A stretch of DNA of 64,000 nt. Origin: Patescibacteria group bacterium. GTDB taxonomy: Bacteria > Omnitrophota > Gorgyraeia > Gygaellales > Profunditerraquicolaceae. Made by a program: the position numbers and the translations under genes. Below are positions 47,329 to 56,699 of this stretch, piece after piece. The number at the start of each line of letters is the position of its first letter. Position 1 is the first letter of the stretch. The stretch covers positions 2,011-66,010 of the forward strand of contig DATJPV010000048.1 in NCBI GenBank assembly GCA_035506195.1, in the 5' to 3' direction. The notes under the pieces were generated by a model, which was given only the letters and a program-made list of their open reading frames with translations, was not told the DNA's origin and did not search any database.

Positions 47329-48483
47329 GTGAAACGGCTAAGCATTTTTTTCATTATCGTTGTATTGTGCGCAGGGGCTGTAGCGGTAGCGCTGCCGACG
47401 GTGGCGGCACACTATGCCTTGGGCCGGCTGCGGTCGGTTTTCCCCGGCGCCCAGGTAACCATAGGCGGCTGCCGTCATCGTTTCGCCGGATGGCTGGCGT
47501 TTTCGGATATCAACATCAAAAAAGGCCGCCTCTATGCGTTCTGCCTCAAGCAGCTGCGCATTGACTATAGCTTGCCCTTGCTGTTGCGCGGGGTCATCCC
47601 CGAGGTCGTCGTGCAGGGCGGCTCGGTCAATATTACTACCCCCGGTCAGCAACTCAGCCAGTTTTCCAAACAACTTGTCTTAGGCAGCGGCCGGGGCGCA
47701 AGCGTGCAGATCGCCTCCTGCCGGGTCTCGGATATCGATTGGGATATCGACACGCAGGATTGGCAGTGCAAGGGCAGTATTTCGGTAACAGCGCAACCGC
47801 TGGCATTGCGTCTGGTAGGTCTGCGGCTTGCCTGCGCCTACCTCCAAGGCCAGGGCCTGCGCCTGGATGATGTATTTCTCAAGGTTGACCGCGGCTCATC
47901 GCCGGGAGAAGTGCGCGTCGAGCGGCTGAAATACAACAAGGTCAAAATAGAACAGATCAAAGGCACGGTGGAGCTGACGGATAGACTCCTTTCCTTTAAA
48001 TCGGTAACCGGCCAGGCCCTCGGCGGCAGCCTGACCGCCGACCTTGACCTTCAGATCGACAAGAACCCGTCATACCGTGCCAGGCTATCCGCTTCCCAGG
48101 TGGCCCTGGAGCGGATCACCGGCGACCTCGAGCTGGGAGAAAAGGTCCAGATGCGCGGAAAATTTTCCGGCGCGCTGGAGCTGGCCGGCCAAAACCTTAC
48201 GATGCACAACGTCACGGGAGGTTTTTCCCTGACCGGCGGCGCAGGCAACCTTACCATTAAAGATACCGACATGCTGCAGCGCCTGGCCCAGAATAACCAG
48301 CAGTCCATGGATATCCTGGTGGAAAATTTTAAAGATTACAATTTCGATACGGGCGTGGTAAAATTATTCCTTGATACACAGGGCGATCTGGTGCTTGCGG
48401 TTGACCTTGAAGGCAAAGCCGGCAAGCGCAATCTTGAAGTAGTAGTACACGACATGCAGTTTATCGGAAAGGGGGCACGATGA
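47329..48483 (+). CDS. Short AsmA-like/YdbH-like protein
   Basis: N-terminal TM, beta-rich body, ALGGSL...FSGALEL pattern; directly upstream of a YnbE/YdbL-like gene. Confidence 0.65.
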   Translation: MKRLSIFFIIVVLCAGAVAVALPTVAAHYALGRLRSVFPGAQVTIGGCRHRFAGWLAFSDINIKKGRLYAFCLKQLRIDYSLPLLLRGVIPEVVVQGGSVNITTPGQQLSQFSKQLVLGSGRGASVQIASCRVSDIDWDIDTQDWQCKGSISVTAQPLALRLVGLRLACAYLQGQGLRLDDVFLKVDRGSSPGEVRVERLKYNKVKIEQIKGTVELTDRLLSFKSVTGQALGGSLTADLDLQIDKNPSYRARLSASQVALERITGDLELGEKVQMRGKFSGALELAGQNLTMHNVTGGFSLTGGAGNLTIKDTDMLQRLAQNNQQSMDILVENFKDYNFDTGVVKLFLDTQGDLVLAVDLEGKAGKRNLEVVVHDMQFIGKGAR

Positions 48484-49040
48484 GAGTCTATTCTTTCGTA
48501 GCGGTGGGTTTGCTTTTGCTGTGGGTAGGCTGTGCGCGGGTAAGGGTGGAGGCTCCGAAAGAGCCTATCAAGGTAGATATCTCCATGCGCCTGGATATCT
48601 ATCAGCACGTGCAGAACGACCTCAACGATATCGAAAACATGGTTTCCGGCAAAGACAAGCACAGTTTGCTTGAGTACATTACGGCTACCGCCTATGCCCA
48701 GGAAGGCTTCTCTTCCGAGGTGGAACAGGCAGCCGGCCGGCGCAAAGACAGAAAGGCCGAGATCGTCTCCTGGGAGAGCAAGAAGGTGATCGGCGAGAAC
48801 AGGATGGGACTGCTTGAGGTCAGGGATGCCGCTTCGGCGGATGCCGGCGTCAACAGCCTCGTCAGCAAAGAGAACAGCGACCGCATGGTCATCTACCGCG
48901 CCGTCGCCGCCAAGAACGGCGTTGCCGTCGACCAGGTCCAGAAGATGCACGCCAAACGCCTGCAGTCGGACGCTCCGGCAGGCACGCCCATCGAAGTGCT
49001 CGATGCATCAGGGGGCCAATACCAGTGGAAGTCCCGGTAG
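48480..49040 (+). CDS. YnbE-like lipoprotein fused to a YdbL (DUF1318) domain
   Basis: Lipobox WVGC, EAPKEPIKVDI (YnbE-like); GENRMGLL...ENSDRMVIY...APAG (DUF1318). Confidence 0.78.
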   Translation: MRVYSFVAVGLLLLWVGCARVRVEAPKEPIKVDISMRLDIYQHVQNDLNDIENMVSGKDKHSLLEYITATAYAQEGFSSEVEQAAGRRKDRKAEIVSWESKKVIGENRMGLLEVRDAASADAGVNSLVSKENSDRMVIYRAVAAKNGVAVDQVQKMHAKRLQSDAPAGTPIEVLDASGGQYQWKSR

Positions 49041-49101
49041 CGTTCCTGCGCGTAAAAAAGTAATTGCAGAAACCTTTTTTTATTGTATAATGGAGAATAC
49101 T

Positions 49102-50064
49102 ATGTATACGAAAAGATATGCGACACTAGCGATCAGTTGTGCGGCGCTGTTGTGTGTTCTGTCGTCCTCCTGGGTATTGGCCGCTCAAGGCCCGGAGGAA
49201 AAGAAGAAGGAAGAACAGGCGCTGCAAGAGCGTTTTAAGTGGTGGCCCACCGATGCCCAGCCTGCTCCGGTAAAGGATCAGGAAAGGGGAGGATACTGGT
49301 GGTGGCCTCAGCAGCCCGGCCAGGTAGGCCCCCTGTGGGGCAACCGCGGTTACTGCTATGTGCGCAAGCTCATCTTCGATTATAAGGAAGAGGAGCTTCC
49401 TCCTCCCAAGCCGCAGGAACTCAGGCCTTCGCTTTTGATCAAAAAGATCATTAAGAACGTCAAGGTCTATTTCGACTACGATAAAGCCGACATCAGGGAC
49501 GATACTTCCTCTATTTTGAGGCAGGCGGCCAAGTCCTTAAAGAGCAATCCCGAAGCCAGCATCTTGATCACCGGCAATTGCGACGCGCGCGGCTCCGAGT
49601 CTTATAATCTAAAGCTCGGTAAACAGCGGGCCCAGGCAGTCAGGCAGTTCATTCTGGACCAGGGGATACCCGAAGAAAGGATACGCATCGTCAGCCGCGG
49701 CAAGCTTGACGCGGTAGCGCCGGTCAAAGACCTGGTGGGGATGCAGAAAGACCGCAATGCCCAATTCATGATCGCCGAGGTCGAAGAGGTCATGATCCCT
49801 TATACGGGACAACCGCCCACGCCCGAAGCCCAGCCGATCGAGGAGGGCAAGTACCTTCAGGAAACCAAAGAAGAGGTTACCGGCCAGATCAAGGTCTCGA
49901 CCAAAGATTACGTAGTGCAGAAAGGCGATACCTTATGGAAGATCGCGGAGAAGGAATACGGGAAGCCTTACCGCTGGAAATATCTTTACGAGCTCAATAA
50001 AGACAAGGTCAAAAATCCCAACAAGCTCAAGGTCGGTCAGACACTAACCATCCCGGTCGAATAA
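49102..50064 (+). CDS. Secreted OmpA/Pal-domain plus LysM peptidoglycan-binding protein
   Basis: VYFDYDKA, GNCDARG, YNLKLGKQRA; YVVQKGDTLWKIA. TTGCAG-16-TATAAT upstream. Confidence 0.88.
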   Translation: MYTKRYATLAISCAALLCVLSSSWVLAAQGPEEKKKEEQALQERFKWWPTDAQPAPVKDQERGGYWWWPQQPGQVGPLWGNRGYCYVRKLIFDYKEEELPPPKPQELRPSLLIKKIIKNVKVYFDYDKADIRDDTSSILRQAAKSLKSNPEASILITGNCDARGSESYNLKLGKQRAQAVRQFILDQGIPEERIRIVSRGKLDAVAPVKDLVGMQKDRNAQFMIAEVEEVMIPYTGQPPTPEAQPIEEGKYLQETKEEVTGQIKVSTKDYVVQKGDTLWKIAEKEYGKPYRWKYLYELNKDKVKNPNKLKVGQTLTIPVE

Positions 50065-50080
50065 TCTAACGACATTCTGT

Positions 50081-50572
50081 ATGAGTGCGCAGCGTGCGAG
50101 TGATATGACTCTGTCTCGGTTATTGAAAGAGAAGTTCATCAATTTAGAATTACAGGGTACCGACAAGAACGAAGTTATTACTGAATTGGTCGACCTTATC
50201 GCCAAATCCGGCAAGATCAAGAACAAGAAGGCGTGCGTGCGTTCGGTGCTGGAGCGCGAAAAGCTTGGCTCGACGGGGATAGGTAACGGGGTCGCCATAC
50301 CGCACGCAAAATCAAAGTCTGTACGCGACTTTATCCTGGCCTTTGCCCGCAAGGATGACGGTATCGATTTCGGGGCCCTGGACGGGGAGAAGTCTTATCT
50401 GTTTTTTACTCTCGCCTCTCCCGAAGACGAGGTCGGAGGGCACTTAAAGATACTGGCTGAAATATCCCGCCTGGTAAAGGATAAGTTCATCGTCGATCTT
50501 TTACGCAGGGCAAAGACCAAAAAAGAGATCCTGAAGATCGTTACCGGGATAAGCAGCCAGTCTACGCATTAA
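50081..50572 (+). CDS. PTS EIIA (Ntr/fructose-type) domain protein
   Basis: EREKLGSTGIGNGVAIPH. Start may be 50105. Confidence 0.92.
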   Translation: MSAQRASDMTLSRLLKEKFINLELQGTDKNEVITELVDLIAKSGKIKNKKACVRSVLEREKLGSTGIGNGVAIPHAKSKSVRDFILAFARKDDGIDFGALDGEKSYLFFTLASPEDEVGGHLKILAEISRLVKDKFIVDLLRRAKTKKEILKIVTGISSQSTH

Positions 50573-50618
50573 GCATCCGCCTCGCGCCTTTTGCACCAGA
50601 CCAACAACATACACGGAT

Positions 50619-51806
50619 ATGTATAAAAAAATAGCGGTGTGCCTGTTTTTTACGCTGTTGGGCTCCTGCGGCCTGCCGTACGCATACGGGCAGCAACAGC
50701 AAGCAAAGCTGCCTACGCTCATGGTCTTCTATTCCTTAAGCTGCCATCGTTGCGAAGAGCTAAGGAGTCAGGTGCTCCCCGCGATCGAAAAGAAATTCGC
50801 CGGTAAGGTCAATGTCGCGTATTTTGAGATCGGAGATATCCAGAATTATAAATTATTGGTGGGCCTGAAAGAAAAACACGGCGTGAAGGGCTCTCAGGCC
50901 CTGCCGGTATTCTACTTCCAGGGGCACTTTCTGTCAGGAGAAGGGGATGTGCGGGCCGCCCTGGAGTGGCTGCTGAGCGCTTCTTCCGGCCAGGCCCAGG
51001 CTGCGCCGGATGCGGAAAATATCGACCTGGTCGCGCATTTTAAAAGTTTTGCGCCCCTGGCGGTAGTCAGCGCCGGCCTCATCGACGGGATAAACCCCTG
51101 CGCCTTTACGGTCATTGTCTTCTTTATCTCTTTTCTTGCCCTGCAGGGGTACCGCAGGAGGCAGCTGGCGGCGATCGGTTTGGTCTTTATCCTGGCGGTC
51201 TTCCTGACTTACCTGTTGATCGGGGTGGGGTTGTTCAGCTTTTTGTACCAGTTCCGGCATTTCTGGATTTTTGTGAAAGCGTTCAATCTTTCCGTGGGCG
51301 TTTTAAGCCTGCTGCTGGGCGTATTGGCTGTGTACGACCTCGTTAGGTTTAAGAAGACAAAGCAGACCGACGGCATGGCCCTGCAATTGCCGCAGGCGGT
51401 TAAAAATCAGATCCATGCGGTTATCGGCCGTTATTACCGCCGGGGCAAGGAAAACGGCCAGGTCATTCCTGTCGCCGACCGGCCTCTGGCCCCTTTACTG
51501 GCCAGCGCCCTGGTGACCGGCTTCCTGGTTTCTATCCTGGAGGCGGTATGCACCGGGCAGGTGTATCTGCCGACGATAACGTTTGTAATGAAGACCTCGT
51601 CCTTAAAAATACAAGCCCTGGGGTATCTGGTGCTGTATAATGCGATGTTCATTGCGCCGCTGGTGGCAATATTCCTCTTTGCGCTGTTAGGGGTTACTTC
51701 CGCCAAGTTCTCCGACGTGCTGCGCCGAAATTTCCTGGCGGTAAAGATCCTCATGGCGGTTTTATTTTTCAGCCTGGGAGCTTTCTTGCTTCTGGGGAAA
51801 GGGTAG
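50619..51806 (+). CDS. Thioredoxin-like domain fused to a CcdA/DsbD-like membrane domain
   Basis: Signal peptide, CHRC, DGINPCAF and EAVCTGQVYLP cysteines in TM regions. Confidence 0.75.
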   Translation: MYKKIAVCLFFTLLGSCGLPYAYGQQQQAKLPTLMVFYSLSCHRCEELRSQVLPAIEKKFAGKVNVAYFEIGDIQNYKLLVGLKEKHGVKGSQALPVFYFQGHFLSGEGDVRAALEWLLSASSGQAQAAPDAENIDLVAHFKSFAPLAVVSAGLIDGINPCAFTVIVFFISFLALQGYRRRQLAAIGLVFILAVFLTYLLIGVGLFSFLYQFRHFWIFVKAFNLSVGVLSLLLGVLAVYDLVRFKKTKQTDGMALQLPQAVKNQIHAVIGRYYRRGKENGQVIPVADRPLAPLLASALVTGFLVSILEAVCTGQVYLPTITFVMKTSSLKIQALGYLVLYNAMFIAPLVAIFLFALLGVTSAKFSDVLRRNFLAVKILMAVLFFSLGAFLLLGKG

Positions 51807-51808
51807 AC

Positions 51809-52186
51809 ATGAAAAGGAACGGTTTATTGGCCGCGGCATTCCTGGCGTGTATGCTCGTAAGCTCTTATGCGCAGTCAGAGGACCCCTACCTTTGGGATTT
51901 CGGCCGCGTCAGGCCGGCTCAAGTGCTGACGCATACTTTTATGCTGAAGAATGAAACGGGACAACCCCTGACGATCAAGGATATCAGCACTTCCTGCGGA
52001 TGCACCGCTTTCCGGGCGACCAAGACACTGCTTGCTCCCGGAGAAAGCACCGCGATCGAGGTCACCTTTAATACGAAAGGATACTCAGGGCATACTTCGC
52101 AGTTCGTCTATGTGTATACCGATGCGCTTAACAATTCGGTCATTAAATTCACCGTTACCGCGACGATAACGATGGAGGTACAGTAG
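51809..52186 (+). CDS. DUF1573 Ig-like secreted protein
   Basis: WDFG, F.LKNETG.PL.I, TSCGCT, LAPGES. Confidence 0.85.
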   Translation: MKRNGLLAAAFLACMLVSSYAQSEDPYLWDFGRVRPAQVLTHTFMLKNETGQPLTIKDISTSCGCTAFRATKTLLAPGESTAIEVTFNTKGYSGHTSQFVYVYTDALNNSVIKFTVTATITMEVQ

Positions 52187-52187
52187 A

Positions 52188-52302
52188 TTTGTCCTGGCTC
52201 GCACCATGCGTCAAAATTTCCTACGGTCCCCTTACGAAGACAGGTAATTTTGACGCGTTCGCCAGGATTTCGCTAAACAAAAGCTTTAGGTGCTCAAGGA
52301 GG
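52188..52302 (+). repeat. Structured intergenic element, copy 2
   Basis: TCCTGGC...GCGTCAAAATT-27nt-AATTTTGACGC...GCCAGGA-TTTCGCT...AAAGCTTTAGGTGCTCAAGGAGG. Confidence 0.8.
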
Positions 52303-52307
52303 TCAGA

Positions 52308-53270
52308 ATGTTTTTTCTAAAACTAAGGATGTGGCTTCTGGTTACGGTACTTTTTGCGATCATCTATGCCGTTATCACGATGCTCGGCACGTCTATGGGT
52401 TTTGGCGGGTTCTATTTTTACCTGGCCATATCGCTGGCAATGATGCTGCTGCAGTATATGATCGGGCCAAAGATCGTGGAATGGACCATGCAGGTCAAGT
52501 ACGTGCGCCGGCAGGAATACCCGCGCCTGTTCCAGATGGTGGAAAGCCTGGCCAACAAGGCCGGGATCCCCGTGCCGAAGATCGGCATAGCCCAGATTGC
52601 CATCCCCAACGCCTTTGCTTTCGGCCGCGGCGTCAATGACGGTCGCGTCTGCGTCACCGAGGGCATCCTGCGGCTCCTGGATGAAAATGAGCTCAGGGCA
52701 GTGCTGGGCCACGAGCTTACGCACCTGAAAAACCGCGATGTCCTGACCATTACCCTGCTTTCGGTCATCCCGATGATCCTGTACCGCATCGCCTGGAATT
52801 TCCTGTTTTTCGGCCGCCGGCGCGATGAGCGGGGCAGCAATACCGTATTGATCGGCCTGGTCGCCTTTTTATTCTACTTTATCACCAATCTTCTGGTGCT
52901 GTACGCCTCGCGCATCCGCGAATATTTTGCCGATAGAGGCTCGGTATTGCTCGGCAACAGCCCTTCCGCCCTTGCCTCCAGCCTCTATAAACTGGTATAC
53001 GGTTCGGCGCGCATGGACCAGGAGACCCTGAAGGAGACCGAAGGGCTCAAAGCCTTCTTTGTCAACGATCCTTCTCAGGCGTTGAATGAGATCAAAGAGC
53101 TCAGGCAGCTTGACCTGGATAAAAGCGGGACCCTTGACCCGAATGAGCTGGCCCTTTTGCGCAGTAAAACCATACGTTTGAGCTTTGGAGACAAGATGCT
53201 TGAGCTTTTGAGCACCCATCCGAATATGCTTAAGCGCATCAAAAGGCTCTCTGAATATCCCAGAGCTTAA
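52308..53270 (+). CDS. htpX: Zinc metalloprotease HtpX (M48)
   Basis: PNAFAFG, HELTH, SRIREYFAD, STHP. Confidence 0.92.
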   Translation: MFFLKLRMWLLVTVLFAIIYAVITMLGTSMGFGGFYFYLAISLAMMLLQYMIGPKIVEWTMQVKYVRRQEYPRLFQMVESLANKAGIPVPKIGIAQIAIPNAFAFGRGVNDGRVCVTEGILRLLDENELRAVLGHELTHLKNRDVLTITLLSVIPMILYRIAWNFLFFGRRRDERGSNTVLIGLVAFLFYFITNLLVLYASRIREYFADRGSVLLGNSPSALASSLYKLVYGSARMDQETLKETEGLKAFFVNDPSQALNEIKELRQLDLDKSGTLDPNELALLRSKTIRLSFGDKMLELLSTHPNMLKRIKRLSEYPRA

Positions 53271-53290
53271 ATCCGGAATGTAGGCCCTAC

Positions 53291-53327
53291 AGGGGACGCT
53301 TTTCTCTCGGCAGAAGCGTCCCCTTTT
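53291..53327 (+). terminator. Intrinsic terminator after htpX
   Basis: AGGGGACGCTT...AAGCGTCCCCT followed by Ts. Confidence 0.75.
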
Positions 53328-53329
53328 CA

Positions 53330-53358
53330 TTGACATAACCCGAATTCTACTATATAAT
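53330..53358 (+). promoter_or_regulatory. Perfect-consensus sigma70 promoter of lysS
   Basis: TTGACA-17nt-TATAAT. Confidence 0.85.
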
Positions 53359-53367
53359 TATAAAACT

Positions 53368-54810
53368 ATGGATATAAGTGAAATTATCCAGCAAAGAAAG
53401 CATAAATTGGATACGCTGGTGGCTAAAGGCGTGCCGGTCCACGCCGGTCCCTTTGAGGCCAGGGTCGACATTGCCGCAGCTTTGGCCGAATTTCAGGAAG
53501 GCAAAAAGGTTAGCCTTTCCGGCAGGATTATGGCCCAGCGTTCGCACGGCAAGGTCGTCTTCGCGGACCTGCGCGACGCTACTGCCCGCATCCAGTTGTA
53601 TTTGAAAGCCGATTTTCTGGGCCAGGAAAAGTTTGGGCTGCTTGAGAACTTGGACATCGCCGATATTATCGCCGTCAAGGGAGAGCTTTTTAAGACGCAC
53701 ACCGGAGAATTCACGGTCAAGGTAGAAGATTTTGCCATACTTGCCAAGTCCTTAAGGCCCCTGCCGGAGAAGTGGCACGGCCTCAAGGATGTGGAGGTGC
53801 GCTATCGCCAGCGGTATCTGGACCTGGTAGCCAACGAAGAGGTCAAAAAGGTATTCGTCCTGCGTTCCCGGATCATCAAGGCCGTCAGGGATTTTCTGGA
53901 TAGCCGGGGGTTCCTGGAAGTAGAGACCCCGATGATGCACGATATCGCCGGAGGCGCGGCAGGCAGGCCTTTCGAGACCTTCCACAACGAATACAAACGG
54001 CGGCTGTACCTGCGCATCGCCCCCGAGCTTTACCTGAAGCGCCTTCTGGTGGCAGGCCTTGACCGCGTATACGAGATAAACCGCAGCTTCCGTAACGAAG
54101 GGGTCTCTACCCGGCATAACCCGGAGTTCACCATGCTTGAGGTGTACTGGGCGTATGCCGACTACCATAGCATGATGCAGTTGACCGAAGAACTTTTTTC
54201 GACGGTAGCCGCGCAGGTGCTGGGTAGCACCCAGATCGCCTACCAGGGCAAGTCCATTGACCTGACGCCGCCCTGGACCAGGCGCTCCTTTGCGCAGATG
54301 GTCAAAGAGAAGTTCGGGATATCTGCCGATGACGAAGCGGCTCAGATGTTGCAAAAACTGCAGGCCAAGGGTTTTGCCAAAGACAAAAGCCGGCTGACCC
54401 GTTCCCAGGTAGCCAAGATCATCGAAGACCTCCTGGAGCAGGACATGAGCATGAATCCGACCTTTGTGACGGATTATTTTACCAGCCTGTGCCCCTTAGC
54501 CAGGACCAGGAAAGACGACCCGTTGATCTCGGAGCGTTTCGAGCTTTATATCGCCGGCCTTGAAGTGGCGAATGCCTACTCCGAATTGAACGACCCCCTG
54601 GAACAGCGCCGGCGTTTTGAAGAAGAGATCAAAGACGCTCCGGCAGAAGAAAAAAAGTGCGTTGACGAAGAGTATGTGACCGCCCTGGAACACGGCATGC
54701 CTTGCGCAGGCGGCCTGGGGGTGGGCATCGACCGCCTGGTGATGCTGCTTGCGGACCAGGCCTCGATCAGGGACGTGATCCTTTTCCCGCTCCTGCGTCC
54801 CGAGGCTTAA
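53368..54810 (+). CDS. lysS: Lysine-tRNA ligase (class II)
   Basis: PLPEKWHGL, RYRQRYLDL, LRIAPELYLKRL, FRNEG, GIDRL. Confidence 0.97.
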   Translation: MDISEIIQQRKHKLDTLVAKGVPVHAGPFEARVDIAAALAEFQEGKKVSLSGRIMAQRSHGKVVFADLRDATARIQLYLKADFLGQEKFGLLENLDIADIIAVKGELFKTHTGEFTVKVEDFAILAKSLRPLPEKWHGLKDVEVRYRQRYLDLVANEEVKKVFVLRSRIIKAVRDFLDSRGFLEVETPMMHDIAGGAAGRPFETFHNEYKRRLYLRIAPELYLKRLLVAGLDRVYEINRSFRNEGVSTRHNPEFTMLEVYWAYADYHSMMQLTEELFSTVAAQVLGSTQIAYQGKSIDLTPPWTRRSFAQMVKEKFGISADDEAAQMLQKLQAKGFAKDKSRLTRSQVAKIIEDLLEQDMSMNPTFVTDYFTSLCPLARTRKDDPLISERFELYIAGLEVANAYSELNDPLEQRRRFEEEIKDAPAEEKKCVDEEYVTALEHGMPCAGGLGVGIDRLVMLLADQASIRDVILFPLLRPEA

Positions 54811-54816
54811 AAAGAA

Positions 54817-56013
54817 ATGAAGACCGAACTTTTTATAGGGTGGCGTTATCTGTTCACCAGGAGAAAAGAGAAATTCATTTCCCTGATCAGCGTCATTTCG
54901 ATCCTGGGGATCGCCATCGGCGTCTGCGCGCTTATCGTCGTTATCGGCGTGATGACCGGCTTTGACCGTGACCTGCATGACAAGATCATCGGCAATTACT
55001 CCCATATTTCGATATCCGGTTACGGAGGCATAGGCGCAAAAGAATACGACCGCATCATCCTGCAGGTGGCCCCGAACCCGCACGTAAAAGGCATCAGCCC
55101 TTACGTGCTGGGGCAGGTCCTGATCAAGGCCGACGGCAAATTTTTTCCCGTGACCATCAAAGGGATAAAGCCATATACAGAAACGCAGGTCACCAAGCTC
55201 AAAGACTATCTCATCCAGGGGAATATCGACCAGCTGCAGGCTGACCCCGAAGCGGTCTTTATCGGGAAAGAGCTGGCGGTGTCCCTGGGGATGACAGTCG
55301 GCTCGACGTTGACGGTCTATTCGCCCGTGGGCAAGCAACATACCTTGCGCGTGGCGGGCATATTTTATTCCCGGATGTACGATTACGACATGAACCTTGT
55401 CTTTACCCCGCTTGAGACCGCGCAGGCGATCCTCGGTGCCGGCGACAAGGTCAGCGTGGTGGCGGTAAGGCTGGATAATGCCTATGCCGCGGATAAGGTC
55501 AGAAAAGAATTAAGCGCGGCGGTAGGCTCGGAATATGCCTTGAAGACCTGGATCGAGATGAACCCGAATTTCTTCGCGGCATTGAAGCTTGAGAAGCTGA
55601 CGATGTTCATCATCCTGACGCTGATCGTGCTGGTAGCATCCTTTAATATCATCAGCACTCTCATCGTCATGGTCGTCGAGAAGACCAAGGATATCGGGGT
55701 ATTGAAGGCAGTGGGGATGAAAGCCTCGGGTATCCGCAGGATCTTTACGTATGCGGGCCTGATCATGGGCGTCCTGGGGACGCTTCTGGGCACTGCCGCA
55801 GGCCTGGGCCTGTGTTTGCTGTTGCAGCGCTACCAGTTCATCAAGCTGCCGCAGGACATATATTATATCGACAGCCTGCCGGTTTCCGTGCAGCTGTGGC
55901 CGGATATTATCCTGATCGTGCTGGCGGCGATGTGCATTACGCTGGTCTCGACTATCTATCCAGCGATTAAAGCTGCAAGCCTGAAGCCGGTGGATGCCTT
56001 AAGATACGAGTAA
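54817..56013 (+). CDS. lolE: Lipoprotein-releasing ABC permease (LolC/E family)
   Basis: FISLISVISILGIAIGV, VASFNIIS, DIGVLKAVG, ALRYE. Confidence 0.88.
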   Translation: MKTELFIGWRYLFTRRKEKFISLISVISILGIAIGVCALIVVIGVMTGFDRDLHDKIIGNYSHISISGYGGIGAKEYDRIILQVAPNPHVKGISPYVLGQVLIKADGKFFPVTIKGIKPYTETQVTKLKDYLIQGNIDQLQADPEAVFIGKELAVSLGMTVGSTLTVYSPVGKQHTLRVAGIFYSRMYDYDMNLVFTPLETAQAILGAGDKVSVVAVRLDNAYAADKVRKELSAAVGSEYALKTWIEMNPNFFAALKLEKLTMFIILTLIVLVASFNIISTLIVMVVEKTKDIGVLKAVGMKASGIRRIFTYAGLIMGVLGTLLGTAAGLGLCLLLQRYQFIKLPQDIYYIDSLPVSVQLWPDIILIVLAAMCITLVSTIYPAIKAASLKPVDALRYE

Positions 56014-56018
56014 CGGTG

Positions 56019-56696
56019 ATGCCGCTTATCGAAGCAAGAAATGTCCATAAGGTGTATAATCACAGCGTCAAGGCCTTGCACGTCTTGCGCGGAGTCGACC
56101 TAAAAATAGAGCAGGCGGCTTTCATTGCCTTGGTCGGCCCTTCGGGCGCGGGCAAGTCGACCCTGCTGCATATACTCGGCGGCCTGGATAATCCCAGCCG
56201 CGGAGAGGTCGTCTTTGAGGGCCGCAACCTGTATGGCCTGCAAGACGCCGAGATTTGCCGGATACGCAACGGCAGTATCGGGTTTGTATTCCAGTTCTAT
56301 CATCTGCTGCCCGAGTTTACGGTGTTGGAAAACGTACTCCTGCCGGGGCTCATCAACTCTCAGGAGCGCGGCAATAGCGCGCAAGCGCACCGCGGCGCCC
56401 TTGAGCTGTTGCAGCAAGTGGGACTGGCCGCCAGGGCCGGCCATTTTCCGGCGCAGCTTTCCGGAGGGGAAAAGCAGCGGGTTGCGATCGCCCGGGCCCT
56501 GGTCAACGGCCCGCAGCTGCTCTTATGCGACGAACCGACAGGCAACCTTGATTCCGCCAATGGCAACGAGATCATCGCGCTCATCAAGCGCTTGAATAAA
56601 GAGAACCGCATGACGGTAGTGCTGGTGACGCATAACCCGGAACTGGCAAAGGCAGCGGACCATATTTATAGATTAAACGACGGAGTATTGGCGTGA
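56019..56696 (+). CDS. lolD: Lipoprotein-releasing ABC ATPase
   Basis: GPSGAGKS, GFVFQFYHLLPEF, LSGGEKQR, DEPTGNLD. Confidence 0.9.
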   Translation: MPLIEARNVHKVYNHSVKALHVLRGVDLKIEQAAFIALVGPSGAGKSTLLHILGGLDNPSRGEVVFEGRNLYGLQDAEICRIRNGSIGFVFQFYHLLPEFTVLENVLLPGLINSQERGNSAQAHRGALELLQQVGLAARAGHFPAQLSGGEKQRVAIARALVNGPQLLLCDEPTGNLDSANGNEIIALIKRLNKENRMTVVLVTHNPELAKAADHIYRLNDGVLA

Positions 56697-56699
56697 TGC

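Noticed and set aside
52208-52256. GTCAAA/TTTGAC as a CtsR box, or the element as CIRCE
   Set aside because: CtsR sites are direct repeats, and the motif is not kept in copies 1 and 3. TTAGCACTC-N9-GAGTGCTAA is absent.
53279-53291. TGTAGGCCCTACA palindrome as a GTAG-type REP
   Set aside because: Single short occurrence with no convincing second copy.
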